Positions 1-12,780 of a stretch of DNA of 64,000 bases are shown here, piece after piece. This stretch comes from the human T2T-CHM13v2.0 reference genome, Homo sapiens, in assembly GCF_009914755.1 (NCBI RefSeq), contig NC_060932.1. The stretch is one strand, 5' to 3'. The notes under the pieces are model-generated. The model was not told where the DNA came from. It made no database searches and saw only the letters and a list, made by a program, of their open reading frames with translations. Each line of letters opens with the position of its first letter. Within the stretch, counting starts at the first letter, position 1. A program made the position numbers and the translations under genes.

Positions 1-2721
1 GAGACCTTTCCACTGCAGAGAGTCTCTCTGATCAAGACACCGCAGTGATGGAGAAGCCACCAGAGGCTCCTTGCAGCCACAGAGCATTTTCCAAGTTCCC
101 GATGGCGAACGGGGCTCAGCACCAGAGACCAGGGAGTATTCACTGCCATCCATTGGACGTGTTTGGGTCACCTCAGAGCACCCAGCAGGAGAGGCTCCTG
201 GTGTAGTGGGCAGCCCAGCACTTCCCGCTGCTGCCTGCCTGTGATGTCCACTCTGCTTAAGCCTTTCATCTGCCGCTGAAGGCCCCAGTCTGGACTCTCT
301 GCCCTCTGGGTCCCCGAGCTCTGCAGCGAGCCCTGGGACCACTCATCCCTGCCCAGCCAGCTTCAGTGCCCGGGGCCGCTTGTCCCTGCCCGGCCTCTGT
401 GCCCCAACTGTGCTTGGTCCTCTGGCTTCTCTCCTCCTGCTGGAGTGCCAGTCCCTGAGCTCAGACCCCCGTCCCCGGAACTGGGCCACACCACGTGCCC
501 TCTTGGCCCAGCCTTCCTCCCAGAGAGGCAGCCTGACTTACCTGGATGGACTTGGGACAAAGGTTCCTCAGGACCTTGGACACCACCACCTGCTGAGCTT
601 CCCGTCCCAGCCATGCAGTGGGGCCCCTGGGGTGCCCTCGGCAGCTTCAGTCCAGCCTGCATCTGCCCCTCGGCCTTCCGACGTGGGCGGTGGGCCCCAG
701 CCCCACAGACCAGCCCAGCATTCAGGTTAGTTCTACTTCTTCATGCCTGTACCCAGTCCTGTCCCACCCAGTGGCAGGTCCACAGGCCTGTGCCACCCTT
801 GTGTCCATCCAGGAGCAGTGTGGACGGGATCCTGTGCTCTCTAGGGACTGTGGTTTATAAGAGGGTAGCAAATGACTTTGTAAACCAGGAGGTAAGGTTT
901 TTTATTGGGAAATGTTGGCGCCTATGTTTTCAGCTGTTTAGACGTGAAACACTAATCACGGCCCTAGTCTTTGGGGATTCTGTCCTGGAAGGAGGGTCCC
1001 GATTCGAGCTGGAGATGGCCTTGGCCTTGTCCATTGAGCAGTCTCAGAAACGGACTAGGGTACACTGCCCGGATGATGGAGAGCAGTCCTGTCTGGGTGG
1101 AAACGTTTACTGGGTTAACACATTTTTCCTGCCGCGGTCTTTCTGAGGGCTGTAATATTCCTGCCTGTCTGTGTAGGCCCCATACCAGCTTGGCCACTGT
1201 GGGGTCACTTGGAAAGGGAGCCTTTCGGCAGGCCTCCCCTCCCACTGGGAGGATGCTTCAGTCCCTCTGCACTCAGACGTGTTGGAAGCACATTCCACAC
1301 GCAGAGTGTGTCTCTTCTCCCGGCTGCTCCTGCTGCTGGCCTGGACAGAGGAGCCTGTTCCATGGCAGGGGGTCCTGAGTGCTGCCACTTGTAGTATCGT
1401 GGGGAGGCTGCTCGGCTCCCAGCCTCTCTCATGCCCACTGCCCATGGGCTGCACTGACAGATGTGTCTCCTCACTTCCCCTTCCCCGCAGAAATAGAAAT
1501 AGCCTAGAACTGGAAAATAAAACTCCCGTAAATCCCAGAACCACACTGTCACCCACACTAGCTTTGCCTCTGGCCTGGTTAACTTTCTATATAGCAGGTC
1601 CCAGAGCCCAGCCCGTCACCTGCTCACACTGGGTCCTGACCCGCAGGGCAGCATCTCCCAGATGGCTGTAGGGCTCTCTGAGGTCGGGTGACACTCAGTG
1701 CCTGGGCTGGCTGCGGACCCAGGCAGGCTGGTCCATGCGGAAGGCCCCACCCCGCCATGCCCCCATGGCATTGCTGGTGTGGCTGTGCTCGCCTGCGGGC
1801 CCTGCCTTTGTTTGGGTTGAGGCTGTGTTGGCCTTCATCAGACGTGTTGCCTGGGGGGGTTCTGCTCTCGGGACCACACACACTGGAGGGGCCTCCCCAG
1901 CGCAGGTGAGCAGGTGAACCACCAGAGGGGAGCCGTGGCGCCTGTGGCCTCCTGATGGTCCTGCCGCCTCAGTCGCTGCTGGAAGCACGGCCTTCGTGGC
2001 TTCTCAATGGCCCGTGGTCCCAATGGGGGTAGGTAGGTGGCAAGTCCCGTGGTGTCGTGTACCTGCCTCTGTGATGACTGTGTCTCACACTATTGGGCGT
2101 GTGCTGGGGAGGCCAGTCTTCCCGTGGGGCTCCCCGGGGCTGTGGTCAGCCCACTGCCGTCAGCATGGGGGTGAGGGGGTGAGGGAGCGAGGGGGCGGGC
2201 AGCCTCAGCCTCACCTAGATAGACTGTCCCTGGATGCCGCCGGCGGACCACGGCCAGTGTTGACCCCCACAGGGCAGGACATCCTGGTGGGCCCCCTGGC
2301 CCGGATCTCCTTATGCAGCCGTTCCCGGTATGTCCTGAGGCTGGACGGCCTCAGCCAGCTGTCACCAGGAGAGGAATACTCGCACTCCCAGAAATGGACA
2401 TATCAGGAGGTGAATTGTTCAGAAGCAGGCATCAGAGCACGTGTGACGTGTGATCCTGGATCGGAAGAGTTGCTTTGAAGGACTTTGCTGGGACGTTTGG
2501 CCGACCTGGGTTGTAGACTCCAGGCACAGTCAACTGCAGGCATAGTCAGCACCAGCGCAGCAGGGACGGGGCGGTCCTCACTGACGTCCTCCTACTGCAG
2601 ATGCACACTGAGGCTCTTGGCCGCAGAGCGTGGCGTCTGCAGTTCATGCCAACGGTGTGTGCACGTCCCCGGAGAGTGACAGAGGAGAGTGGCTAAATGT
2701 CAGTCATGGGGAATCTAGAGC

Positions 2722-2991
2722 ACAGGTGGGCACGCTTCTCCGATGAAGGGTCAGGCAGGAAATATTCTTGGCACTGCAGCCATACAGCCTGTGCCTCAGC
2801 ACCCACGGGGGACCACAGAAGGTTGGGGACCACTGCTTTAAACAACTAGCTCTCCCGTGAAGAGCAGGTCCCCACCCTGCTGTGTAGGGCAACAGCAGAT
2901 GTCAATGGCATATGAATGAACGAGCGTGGCTGTGCCAATAAAACTTTATTTACAAACGTAGGAGGTGGGCCGGATTTGCTTGCCGATCCTG
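2722..2991. mobile_element. MER58A-like hAT-Charlie MITE, interrupted by a short insertion
   Basis: Diagnostic gcgtggctgtgccaataaaactttatttacaaa...gggccggatttg...gccgatcctg. Confidence 0.7.
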
Positions 2992-3019
2992 TCCTAGGTG
3001 AAGGGTGCATTCGAGCTCC

Positions 3020-3684
3020 TGGTATAGTTTGGACGTCTGTCCCCTCCAGATCTTATGTGGAAATGTGATCCCCAGTGTGGGAAGGGGCCTGGCAGGAGGT
3101 ATTCGGGTCACGGGGACAGATCCCTCGAGAATGGCTTGGTGCCCTCCTCACAGTAATGAGTGAGCTCTCACTCTTGAGGTTCACTGGAGAGCTTGTTGTT
3201 TAAAGCAGTGGTCCCCAACCTTCTTGGCACCTGGGACCAGTTTTTTCCGTGGACAGGGAGTGGTGTGGATGGTTTGAGTATGAAACTGTCCCACCTCAGA
3301 TCATCAGGCATTTGATTCTCATAAGGAGCGTGCAACCTAGATCCCTCGCATGCAGTTCACGGTGGGGTTCGTGGTCCAGTGAGAATCTAATGCCACCGCT
3401 GATCTGACAGGAGGCGGAGCTTAGGCGGTAACGCTTACTCGCCTGCCACCCACCTCCTGCTGTGTGACCCACTTCTAACAGGCCATGGACCCGTCTTGAG
3501 GTCAGGGACTCCTGCATTAAAGAGCCTGGTGCCTCCTCCCGTCTCTTGCTCCCTCCCTGCAGCCTCACCAGAAGCCAAGCAGATACCTGTGCAGCCTGCA
3601 GAACCGCCAGCCACGTAAACCTCGTTACAAAAACTTACCCAGCCTCGGGTGTTCCTTTATAGTAACACACAATGAACTAACACA
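3020..3684 (+). mobile_element. MST-family MaLR solo LTR with nested MER1B
   Basis: TG...CA ends (tggtatagtttggacgtctgtcccc...cctttatagtaacacacaatgaactaacaca); flanks gctcc/actcc resemble a 5-bp TSD. Confidence 0.8.
3206..3514. mobile_element. MER1B-like hAT-Charlie element inserted in the MST LTR
   Basis: cagtggtccccaacc...gggactcctg termini; core cctcagatcatcaggcatt...gcaacctagatccctcgcatg; 8-bp flanks gtttaaag/cattaaag. Confidence 0.8.
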
Positions 3685-3955
3685 ACTCCCAGTCCTTGCA
3701 CACGCTCTCTGTGTCTTAGTGTCCTTCAGAATTAGCTGTTGGCAGGGAAGAGCCGGCGTCAGGAGTCAGGAACTCGGACCCAAGAAAGAAACCAGGGGGC
3801 GGGACAGGGAGCTGCTCAGAGCAGGCATCCTCTGCTGTCTGTCGGGATGTGCCACAGAGGGTGGCAAGTGTGGACACGGCTGTCTAGGATGGCCCAGGAG
3901 ACGGGCACGCATTCCCTGGTGGTGTCTGCATTTGGTTTGATTTTACTTATGATAG

Positions 3956-4252
<297 letters not shown>

Positions 4253-4554
4253 TGAATCGAAAAGGCACAGGTGACTTATCCACTTCCCAGCATGGGCATG
4301 TGGGCTGTTTCCAACCTAGGTTATTATAAATAATGCCACAATAAATATCTTTTCCATATTTAGGGCCAATAGGACGGATTCCCAGGTGTGGATTGACATC
4401 TCACCAAATGCCAGCCCCAGGTCATGCCCACAGAGACGCCTGCAGCAGCGCATGGCTGGCAGGACCACCTCAGCCTCTCTAGCAGCAGGCAGGTGGGTTC
4501 CTGATCCTAAACTCACACTTTAATCTGATGTCTTTGATTTCTAGGACGCACGTA

Positions 4555-4750
4555 GGGGGTCAAGAGCATAGCTCTCAAGTCAGGGGCTGTGGACTTGACC
4601 CTCACTCTGGAACTGTGGGGCCTTTGCCTCAGTTTTCCCAGGTGTGAAATGGCGATGCTGACAGTGCTTAACCCCACAGGGTTGCCAAGAACAAGAACCG
4701 TAATACGTGACGTCGTAAGCACACTGCTGGATCCTACGAACTGTGTGACC
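4555..4750 (+). mobile_element. MIR fragment
   Basis: MIR core gcctcagttttcccaggtgtgaaatggcgat. Confidence 0.6.
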
Positions 4751-4756
4751 GTGTCA

Positions 4757-5840
4757 GCTCGCCCCGTGTCTGGTGTTAGTGAGATCAGAGCTCGCCCCGC
4801 GTGCTGGTGTTCTTGAGATCAGGGCTCACCCCACGTCTAGTGTTAGTGAGATCAGAGCTCACCCCGCGTGCTGGTGTTAGTGAGATCAGGGCTCGCCCCG
4901 CGTGCTGGAGTTAGTGAGATCAGGGCTCGCCCCGCGTGCTAGTGTTCTTGAGATCAGGGCTCGCCCCGCGTCTAGTGTTAGTGAGATCAGAGCTCACCCC
5001 GCGTGCTGGTGTTAGTGAGATCAGGGCTCGCCCCACGTGCTGGAGTTAGTGAGATCAGGGCTCGCCCCGCGTGCTGGTGTTAGTGAGATCACGGCTCACC
5101 CCGCGTGCTGGTGTTAGTGAGATCAGGGCTCTCCCCGCGTGCTAGAGTTAGTGAGATCAGGGCTCGCCCCGCGTGCTGGTGTTAGTGAGATCAGGGCTCG
5201 CCCCGCGTGCTGGTGTTCTTGAGATCAGGGCTCGCCCCGCGTGCTGGTGTTAGTGAGATCAGGGCTCGCCCCGCGTGCTGGTGTTAGTGAGATCACGGCT
5301 CGCCCCGCGTGCTGGTGTTAGTGAGATCAGGGCTCTCCCCGCGTGCTAGAGTTAGTGAGATCAGGGCTCGCCCCGCGTGCTGGTGTTAGTGAGATCAGGG
5401 CTCACCCCGCGTGCTGGTGTTCTTGAGATCAGGGCTCACCCCGCGTGCTGGTGTTAGTGAGATCAGGGCTCGCCCCGCGTGCTGGTGTTAGTGAGATCAC
5501 GGCTCGCCCCGCGTGCTGGTGTTAGTGAGATCAGGGCTCGCCCCGCGTGCTGGTGTTAGTGAGATCAGGGCTCGCCCCGCGTGCTGGAGTTAGTGAGATC
5601 AGGGCTCGCCCCGCGTGCTGGTGTTAGTGAGATCACGGCTCGCCCCGCGTGCTGGTGTTAGTGAGATCAGGGCTCGCCCCGCGTGCTGGTGTTAGTGAGA
5701 TCAGGGCTCACCCCGCGTGCTGGAGTTAGTGAGATCAGGGCTCGCCCCGCGTGCTGGAGTTAGTGAGATCAGGGCTCGCCCCGCGTGCTGGTGTTAGTGA
5801 GATCAGGGCTCGCCCCACATGCTGGTGTTAGTGAGATCAG
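4757..5840. repeat. 34-bp CpG-rich minisatellite, about 32 copies
   Basis: Unit gggctcgccccgcgtgctggtgttagtgagatca; 34-bp period measured directly (tgagat at 4881 and 4915). Confidence 0.97.
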
Positions 5841-5965
5841 ATATTGGTTCACACACGAAATGGGGGCCATGCAAACTGACTGCCTTGGATACTTCTCCAA
5901 GGAAAAGATGAGAGAGCTGGCTTCAACAAAATCGGCATGGAAAACAACAAAAGATACATTTTTGG

Positions 5966-6090
5966 GGCCAGATGTGGTGACTCACATCTGTAATCCCAGT
6001 GCTTTGGAAGGCCGAGGCAGGAGGATCACTTGAGGCCAGGAGTTCAAGACCTGCTTGGATGACAGAGCAAGACCCTGTCTCAAAAATAAA
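5966..6090 (+). mobile_element. Alu monomer (FLAM/AluJ left arm)
   Basis: ggccagatgtggtgactcacatctgtaatcccag...accctgtctcaaaa. Confidence 0.85.
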
Positions 6091-6201
6091 AGATACATTT
6101 TTTTAAATCCACTTGGAAATTTTTTTTAACGTTTATGGTTATGAGAAAAATTGCATAACCAAAACAAAACCAGTCTGCCATCTTTTTTGCCCCTATCATT
6201 T

Positions 6202-6309
6202 GGCACAGACAGACGAACTCCTGACGTCACAGCAGGACCAAGAGCTGAAGCCAGAGGCACAGACAGATGAATTCCTGATGTCATAGCAAGACCAAGAGCT
6301 GAAGCCGGA
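6202..6309. repeat. 54-bp direct tandem duplication (2 copies)
   Basis: ggcacagacagaYgaaYtcctgaYgtcaYagcaRgaccaagagctgaagccRga starting at 6202 and 6256. Confidence 0.9.
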
Positions 6310-6579
6310 GGCCGTCTAGGCTGACCTCTGCTTCGGTGTCTTGTTTAAAAGAAGCTCTTATTGCAGGAAGAGAAAACCTACATGACCCAGGTGAAAGATA
6401 AGACACTTAAAATTCAGTGATCATATGACTTAACAGAGCACCTGATGGCAGTGGGAGCCAAGGGCAGTATCCAACCCTGTGTGCTTCTGTTGCTGTTAGG
6501 AGAGGAGCTGGAAGTCAGGAGAGGAGCTGGAAGTCAGGAGGGAAGCACCCAGTGTAACAGTTAGAAGAAGAAAGGCCCA

Positions 6580-6898
<319 letters not shown>

Positions 6899-6899
6899 G

Positions 6900-8860
6900 C
6901 CACTTATTAATACAATTAATGGAAACAGACACCATTGAGAGGACAAAAGAGCTAAGAGTTGGTTCTTTGAAAGGACTATTAAAATTGACATCCTCTGGCA
7001 AAATGACTAAGAAAAAAGGAGCAAATCACCCATCAGGAATGAGAAAGGAAGACAGTTCAGCCACATCCGATGCTGAAAAGGTGAGAAAAGCCTGTGCTGA
7101 CAAAGAGAACTCCACCAAAACGGTTCGACCATCAGGAGGAAAGTCACGTGGCAGCCCAGCTCGAGGAGACACGCACACAGAATCCATCGCCATGACAGAG
7201 ATTGTGTGGATGATTCTCAGTCTTGCCAAAGAACACCAAGTCCAGGTGCTTTGCACGTGAGTTCAAGAAACAGCTCCAGTTTTACCCAGACTCGGAGACA
7301 GACAAGAAACACACCCTGTGTTATTTTCTGAAGTGAGTGTAATCTGGATATCAAAATTACAGTTCAGTGTCACTCATACACATATACATGAACAAAGGTA
7401 CTAAGCACTTGCAGGCCAGGCACGGTGGCTCATTCCTGTCATCCCAGCACATTGGGAGACTGAGGTGGGAGGATCGATTGAGCTCAGGAGTTTGAGACCA
7501 GCCTGGGCAACAGAGTGAGATTTCATTTCTAATAAAAATTAAAAATTAGGTATGGTGGCGTGCGCCTGTGGTCCCATATACTCGGGAGGCTAAGGTAGGA
7601 GGATCAGTTGAGCCCAGGAGGTTGACACTTCAGTGAACTGGGATTGTATCACTGCATTCTGTTCTGCAGACGTGAGCAGGAGTGATGGACGCCTCTTCCA
7701 GGCCTGGCCTCCTGAAATCTTCCCTGTAATCATCTGCTGTCCTCCCTTCCTGTGACTGAGAGAGAAGGACTCAGAGATGGCAGAGCCACACACCAAGAGA
7801 AGGAGCCATGTCCTGGAGTCACCCTCGGGAGAGCCTCAAGACCCTGTCATGGTGTGAGCAAGAAGGGGAGGCCTCCTGAGCCAGACGCTGACATGCGGAG
7901 GTTCTTCGTTATCCCAGCCACCGTTACTTACCCTGACCACTGTAGCAACAAATGACAAATGTTCAGAATATGTGCAGCATTCATAGGAACCAGGATTTTT
8001 AAAGACAAATATCTAAATAGAAAAATGGCCAAAACAGGAGTTCAAGACCAGCCTGAACAACGCAGCGAGACCCCATCTCTAGAAAAAAGAAAAATGGGCA
8101 AAAGTCGCAGAAGAAAAAAACATCCATGGCTCGTAAATACCTGAAAACATGCTCAATCTCTTTAAAAATCAGAGAACACAAGTTAAAACAACAGATCCAA
8201 TTCTGTGCCCCACAGCGTGGTAAAGATGGCCAGGTCGGATTCGGATCCTTGCATGGGACGGGCGGGGGTCCTCATCTCCTGCTGCGGCACCAGGCAGCAG
8301 CACAGTCTGGAGAGCAGCCTGGCGTTTTCTGGCAAAGGCGAAGATGTGCGTTCCTGCTGACCCAGGAGCCGCCTGTTGACTTCCCCTTGAGAAACGTGTG
8401 TGCGCGCAGCCAGAGACACAACAACGTTCATGGCATGCACTGTCAGGAAAGCCGGAAAGAACCCAAATGCCTGTCGGTAGCGAAGCGGGTAAATCATGGT
8501 CTGTTGGTCAAGGGAAGCTGTTGGCACAGTGGCCACGCAGCCAGCCAGGACCCACGTCAACCCCTACGTGACAGACACACACTGAGCAGAGAATGTAAGG
8601 CACAGAAGACACACGGCGTGATTTTAACCACCGCAAAGTTCGAAACCAAGCAAAACTACACAGTGTGGTGGTTGGGGACACATGTGGTCCAACTGCAGAG
8701 AAAGGCAAAGGCATGGTTCACACTCAGGAGAGACGGGCCGGCACAGGGCACGGGCCCCTGGGTGGTATCTCGCGCTTAAACCGGATGGAGGGTGAGTGGG
8801 CATTTGCTCTAGCGCGGTTAAAGGATCATGTCATGTACACTCAGCTTACACATCTGACAC
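6900..8860 (+). mobile_element. Old degenerate L1 (L1M-type) fragments with an embedded AluJ-like element (7413-7660) and an Alu fragment (about 8036-8090)
   Basis: A-rich + strand; L1-like phrases agttggttctttgaaagga...aaaattgac, aaaacatgctcaatctc, aacccaaatgcctgtc. Confidence 0.6.
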
Positions 8861-9358
8861 CCTCCCACCTTCCTTAACGTTTTTAGAAAACAGGGAGCAC
8901 TTCCTCATGAACCTGGTGCCATCCAGCCCTGGGGTGCACGGGTTAACGCCCACTTCCACGCCCCCCACTGATCTTGAGGCCCCCCCGCCCCCAACCCTGG
9001 CCTCCGTTGCCCACAGGTGCCTGTTTCCACTCAACCCAAATTTAAGCCATCTTCTTGCTTTCAGAGTGTGGTCTTTACCAACAGAGGAACCGGGTAATCA
9101 CCGCACTTCTCATGTATTCAGAAGATATTTCTCATCCTTTTCAGGCTGGTAGAGCAGATCACCCCCAAAGCAAGAAGTTCCAGATGAAATATGCATAAGA
9201 AGCAGCCTCAAAACTAACAAAAAAGATTCGCACATTCCTCAGTTAGAGGAGGAGCAGAGATGAAGAAAAGGAGAAGAAAAGCGCTGGAAAGAGAAGAAAA
9301 GGAACCTCCTTCTGTGCAGCAGGCTCCTGGCCCAGGGAGTGCGGTGTGCGGCAGAGTG

Positions 9359-9633
9359 CGTGCAGGGAAGCAGCCTCTGAAATCGTGCAGGGAAGCACCC
9401 TGTGAAATCGTGCAGGGAAGCACCCTGTGAAATCGTGCAGGGAAGCACCCTGTGAAGTCGTGCAGGGAAGCACCCTCTGAAATCGTGCAGGGAAGCACCC
9501 TCTGAAATCGTGCAGGGAAGCACCCTGTGAAATCGTGCAGGGAAGCACCCTGTGAAGTCGTGCAGGGAAGCACCTTCTGAAATCGTGCAGGGAAGCACCC
9601 TCTGAAATTGTGCAGGGAAGCACCCTCTGAAAT
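9359..9633. repeat. 25-bp minisatellite, about 11 copies
   Basis: Unit gaaatcgtgcagggaagcaccctSt; tgcagggaag at 9361, 9386, 9411 and onward. Confidence 0.97.
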
Positions 9634-10007
9634 GCCTAGAAATAGCTGCCGGGCTTTCACTTGGTTCCCAAATTTCTTCAAAGGTCAAAACCATCACAGT
9701 GGGCAACTTTACACCCCAGTGTTCACTGTCCTCAGGCCACTGCAGAGCCATCCTAGTGGGGCAGTGGGCGCGGGGCGGGGGCTCCTGACTCCGGTGAGGT
9801 CACCCTGGAGGGGAGTCCCAGGAATCAGCCTGATGTTCAGAATGCCTTCCTGGCATCTCAGAAGTGTACTGGGGGAGACGTGAGGACCTTTCAGCCAAGT
9901 GTCAGCGTTCTTATTGCAGGAGAACATTAAAGCCACAACCCAGAAACTTCTCAGGAGCATGGCGCACCCACACCAGCCCCGGGCTCCGCCTGGACAGCAC
10001 CTCCTGG

Positions 10008-10226
10008 GCCGCCCTGACCAGCAGACACCATCCTTCCAGCCTCTCTTGGCCACCCAGACCAGCGGGCACCACCCTCCCAGCCTCACGCGGCCACCCTGAC
10101 CAGCAGGCACCATCCTTCCAGCCTTGCTCAGTCACCCTGACCCAGAGGGCTGCCCTGACCAGCGGGCACCATCCTCCCAGCCCCACTCAGCTGCCCTGAC
10201 CAGCGGGCACCATCCTCCCAGCCTCA
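10008..10226. repeat. Degenerate tandem repeat, about 5 copies of a ~30-bp core
   Basis: Core ccctgaccagcgggcaccatcctcccagcc recurs near 10012, 10055, 10095, 10153 and 10194 with variable spacers. Confidence 0.8.
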
Positions 10227-11139
10227 CTCGGCCAGCCGAGCTCTGTAGGCCTCAGAGTGCAGAGAACCTCAAATGTTGTGACTTTGCTCTGCTGCAGGGA
10301 CCTGCCATGGAGTGTCCCTTGTGCGAGCATTTTGAGAGCTATGCCAGCATCCATCCCCGCAGGTCCCATCCCTGAGCCATTTCTCAGGAGAGCAGGAAGG
10401 GAGCAGGGAGAGGGGTGCTCCCAGCCAGCCCCGGAACCAGAGGTCTGGGGACGCAGCCGACCAGCCCTCCTTGTCTGGGCCTCTGTTTCCTCTTCGACAC
10501 AGGGAAGCAGGGAGGGGCCGATCAGCGACTTAGGCCTGTTGGCTGTGGTGGGGTCCACCTGCGTTTCTGGGGAGCCCACGGACCCTGGGGTGTACCTGGG
10601 TTTCATTCCCAGTGACCTCTCCTATTGGTCCCCATTTGGGGCGCTGAGATGTGATCGTTTCTTTCCTGAGAATGAGCTGAGGTAAAAACATGCTGGGGAG
10701 GAAGATGGGCCCTGGGGGCAGCGAGCTGCGCCTCTGCACCGGGAGAAAGGCCGTGTCCCCAGAGCTGAGGCGGTGGTGGGCAGGGCTCCTGAGAAGCCGG
10801 GGCAGGGCAGGGTGTCTCTGAGGTCAATGAGGAACAGCTGAGGTCCAGGGACGCAGGAAGGATGGGGTGAACTCCGGGATGGGGCCGGCAGGGAGCCTCA
10901 CGCTTACAGAGCCTGGTGTTGGCACTCTCCTGGCTTCCTCCGCAAACCTAGCCACGTGGTCAGGGAGCCCGGGCCTAGCAGACGGCCCCCACCTTGACAG
11001 AATCCCCAGGGTCGTGCGTGGCGGTGGGGGCGACTTCACAGCCGAGACCGGGCCTAACGCTGCTGTCTCGCAGTCACCCCTGCAGGCCGCTCAGGGCAGG
11101 GCTCTGGCCTGACGGGGGTTCCTGGACACGCCTCTGAGC

Positions 11140-11540
11140 CGGCAGCCCCTACCCGCACCCGTGCACCTTCCACGCCCGTCTCCAGCAGCCCCTGCCCGCA
11201 CCCGCACCCCTGCACCTGCCACGCCTGTCTCCGGCAGCCCCTGCCCGCACCCGCACCCCTGCACCTGCCACGCCCGTCTCCGGCAGCACCTGCCACGCCC
11301 GTCTCCGGCAGCCCCTGCCCGCACCCGCACCCCTGCACCTGCCACGCCCGTCTCCGGCAGCCCCTGCCCGCACCCGCACCCCTGCACCTGCCACGCCCGT
11401 CTCCGGCAGCCCCTGCCTGCACCCGCACCCCTCACGGCTGTCTCCGGCAGCCCCTGCCCGCGCCCGCACCTCTGCACCTCCCACGCCCCTCTCCGGCAGC
11501 CCCTGCCCACACCCGCACCCCTGCACCTCCCACGCCCGTC
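11140..11540. repeat. 49-bp C-rich minisatellite, about 8 copies including truncated units
   Basis: Unit ccgtctccggcagcccctgcccgcacccgcacccctgcacctgccacgc; gtctcc at 11178 and 11227. Confidence 0.95.
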
Positions 11541-12558
11541 TTGCCCTGGGGCCCAGGTGCAGGTCTGTGAGGAGGGCAGCCCCGTGCTCCCGTGGCCACC
11601 GCTCAGCCAAGTGGATTCAGCGAGGGTTTTTAGTGTTTGTGCCTGTGTCCCCGTGTGCCTGTTTCCTGGTGAGGCTGGACGCCTGGCATGTCTGAACACT
11701 CACATTCCCCAGGCATGCATGTGCAGCCGCCGCCGCCACCCATGTACTGTGGCGCTGACCCCTCCTGTAACAGCTGTGGTCTTGGCCTCTCGTGTTGGTG
11801 GCAGATGTCCCATTTCCCAGTTACTTTCTGTTGTCCAAAAGTTTAACTGTCCTGCCAGCCAAAGCTGCTGAGCATTACTCTGATAGACCATCAGTCCTTG
11901 GTAAGTGTCCTGTGCATCTGGGATAAGCATCCGTTTGTTTTCAGCTGCGCTTTCTGTGACTTGCTCTGCGTGAGTCCTCGGTCCACGTGGGCCGTTGCGC
12001 TGGTTCCCAGCCTGCCCGACACACTCACTGCGACGCCTCCCTTGCCTACTGCTTGCTGGCTTCTGTGTTCTCTGCAGTAAACATTGATTTCTGACTCGAG
12101 TGCTGTCTTCATTGAGCTCTCTGCACTCTGGGGATGCAGTCAGCGACCCCACGAAGGCTACCGGCTTCCTCCCAGGGAACAGTGCAGGTGCTGCTTCCCA
12201 GGACCACAGGACCCTGGCTGGTCGCTGCCTGTGATGGGTCTCCACAAGACCACTCCCCATTAGCCAGACTCACAGGAGACTGACACATAAATGAGAAAGT
12301 TGTTCACTAACTCACAATGGGAGCAACCCTTTGCAGTGCGGAAATGCTCTCAGCCTTTCTGGCCCCGGATACCTGGGAAGCTAAGGGTTCATTAGGTGGC
12401 CTAGTGCCTGCACTCAGGATGCCCCAGAGGAGGCCCCGGGGTTCCTGAACGCCTTCTCCAGGCCCTGTCTTCAGCCCTTCTCCAGGCCCTCTGAGTTCCA
12501 AACAGCACTCACTTTTGTCTGGTCCTCTGTTCCCCGGCTCGCACCTCCTTCGTCAGGG

Positions 12559-12780
12559 CAGTTGCTCTCAACCAGGGGTACTTCTGCCCCTGGGGCCCAC
12601 TCGGCAATGTCCGGGACCGTGTTGGCGGTCACAGCTGGGCGGGGGCACCACCGGAATCTGGTGTGCAGAGGCGGGGGTCCTGCCCAGATGCCAGAGGTGC
12701 TGCAGGTGAGAGATACAGATTTAGACCCTGTGACGACAAAGAAAAGGACGGGAAAGGTGGCTCTCAAGGCCCCAGGGAAC
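12559..12780. mobile_element. Diverged MER20-like DNA transposon
   Basis: ctctcaaccaggggtacttctgcccc...ggcaatgtccgggacc...gtcacagctggg matches the recalled MER20 5' half. Confidence 0.55.

Noticed and set aside
2937-2942. AATAAA as a gene poly(A) signal
   Set aside because: It is part of the MER58A consensus; use as an alternative ZFP41 end cannot be shown from sequence.
4757-5840. CRISPR-like appearance of the 34-bp repeats (also the 25-bp and 49-bp arrays)
   Set aside because: The units are head-to-tail with no unique spacers, no cas genes are present, and the DNA is human.
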